Source: Octopus bimaculoides (taxonomy: Eukaryota). From it: DNA of 64,000 nt. The notes below the pieces were generated by a model that saw nothing but the letters and a program-made list of their open reading frames with translations, was not told the DNA's origin and made no database searches. Location: positions 25,125,402 through 25,189,401 of the forward strand of contig NC_068992.1 in NCBI RefSeq assembly GCF_001194135.2. Direction: 5' to 3'. Shown piece after piece: positions 62,903-64,000 of the stretch. The stretch's first letter is position 1, and each line of letters opens with the position of its first letter. The translations under genes and the position numbers were made by a program.

Positions 62903-63408
62903 GCGACGGGCTTCTTTCAGTTTCCGTCTACTCACAAGTCTTCGGTCAGGCCGAGGTTGTAGTTGGAGGAACTTGTCCAAGATGCCATGCAGCTTCTTAC
63001 CACACAGCGTGCCTGTACCATTATATATATATACACTTTACTCTTTTACTTGTTTCAGTCATTTGACTGCGGCCATGCTGGAGCACCGCCTTTTGTCGAG
63101 CATATCGGCCCCAGGACTTATTCTTTGTAAGCTTCGTACTTCTTCTATCGTTCTCTTTTCCTGAACCGCTAAGTTACGTTGACGTAAACAAACCAGTATC
63201 GGTTGTCAAGCGATGTTGGGGGGACAAACATACACATAATATATATGACGGGCTTCTTTCAGTTTCCATCTATCAAATCCACTCACAAGACTTTCGTCGG
63301 CCCGAGGCAATAGTAGAAGACACTTCCCCAAGGTACCACGCAGTGGGACTGAACCCGGAACCATGTGGTTGGTAAGCAAGCTACTTACCACACAGCCACT
63401 CCCATATT
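62903..63408 (-). mobile_element. SINE family A: partial head plus full-length copy in tandem
   Basis: Full copy at 63036-63408 with a short internal microsatellite; extra head fragment at 62903-63010. Confidence 0.9.
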
Positions 63409-63547
63409 TTATCTAGGCAGCAGTAAGCTAATGTGTACCAACAAAGAAAACTGCAACTATAACTAAGTATGACGATCACTCTCAGAATATATGTCTACAC
63501 CATAGAAATCTATGGATGATTTAGCAAATCGCAAATGTGTATACAGG

Positions 63548-63933
63548 AGGCGCAACGGCCCAGTGGTTAGGGCAGCGGACTCGCGGTCATAGGATCGCGG
63601 TTTCGATTCCCAGACCGGGCGTTATGAGTGTTTATTGAGCGAAAACACCTAAAGCTCCACGAGGCTCCGGCAGGGGATCGTGGCGAACCCTGCTGTACTC
63701 TTTCACCACAACTTTCTCTCATTCTTACTTCCTGTTTCTGTTGTGCCTGTAATTCAAAGGGTCAGCCTTGTCATACTCTATGTCACGCTGAATATCCTCG
63801 AGAACTACGTTGAAGGTACACGTGTCTGTGGAGTGCTCAGCCACTTGCACGTTAATTTCACGAGCAACGAAACAGCCCTTTCTGTTGATCGGATCAAATG
63901 GAACCCTTGACGTCGTAAGCGACGGAGTGCCAA
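63548..63933 (+). mobile_element. SINE family E, full-length
   Basis: GGCGCAACGGCCCAGTGGTTAGGGCAGCGGACTCGCGG..GGTTTCGATTCCC..CGACGGAGTGCCAAC. Confidence 0.9.
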
Positions 63934-64000
63934 CCCCCACCAATGTGTATACAAATAATATATTTAGCCAGCAGGAAGCAAATGTATGTCGAAAAGGACA

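Overview
This is AT-rich, microsatellite-dense eukaryotic DNA from a short-read draft assembly, with about 24 N-gaps (roughly 7.5-8 kb). Its SINE families look like those of octopus/cephalopods; this is an inference, not database-checked. I find no convincing host protein-coding exon, so the window looks intronic or intergenic, and nearly all ORFs in the track are microsatellite or N-run artefacts. Recognisable content is: (i) several tRNA-headed SINE families (my labels A, B, E, M) in more than 35 copies or fragments; (ii) decayed transposases (Tc1, two maT-type mariner C-termini, a mariner N-terminus) and a hAT/Charlie-like MITE; (iii) decayed retroelements (RTE, R4/Dong-like with restriction-like endonuclease, a Penelope GIY-YIG fragment); (iv) a 25-bp minisatellite, a 16-bp array attached to a palindrome, long palindromes, and a tRNA-like pseudogene between direct repeats. 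The most striking observation is a set of short non-coding mobile elements carrying minimal type I hammerhead ribozyme motifs with an inverted copy of their own 3' end attached to their 5' end. Family B (tRNA head plus hammerhead) occurs at 18881-19275 and 37441-37748, and an unrelated element occurs at 46441-46672. This Penelope-like architecture suggests non-autonomous, possibly Pol III-driven ribozyme retroelements mobilised by Penelope-like elements. Every individual ribozyme copy is mutated, so activity is inferred only for the reconstructed consensus.
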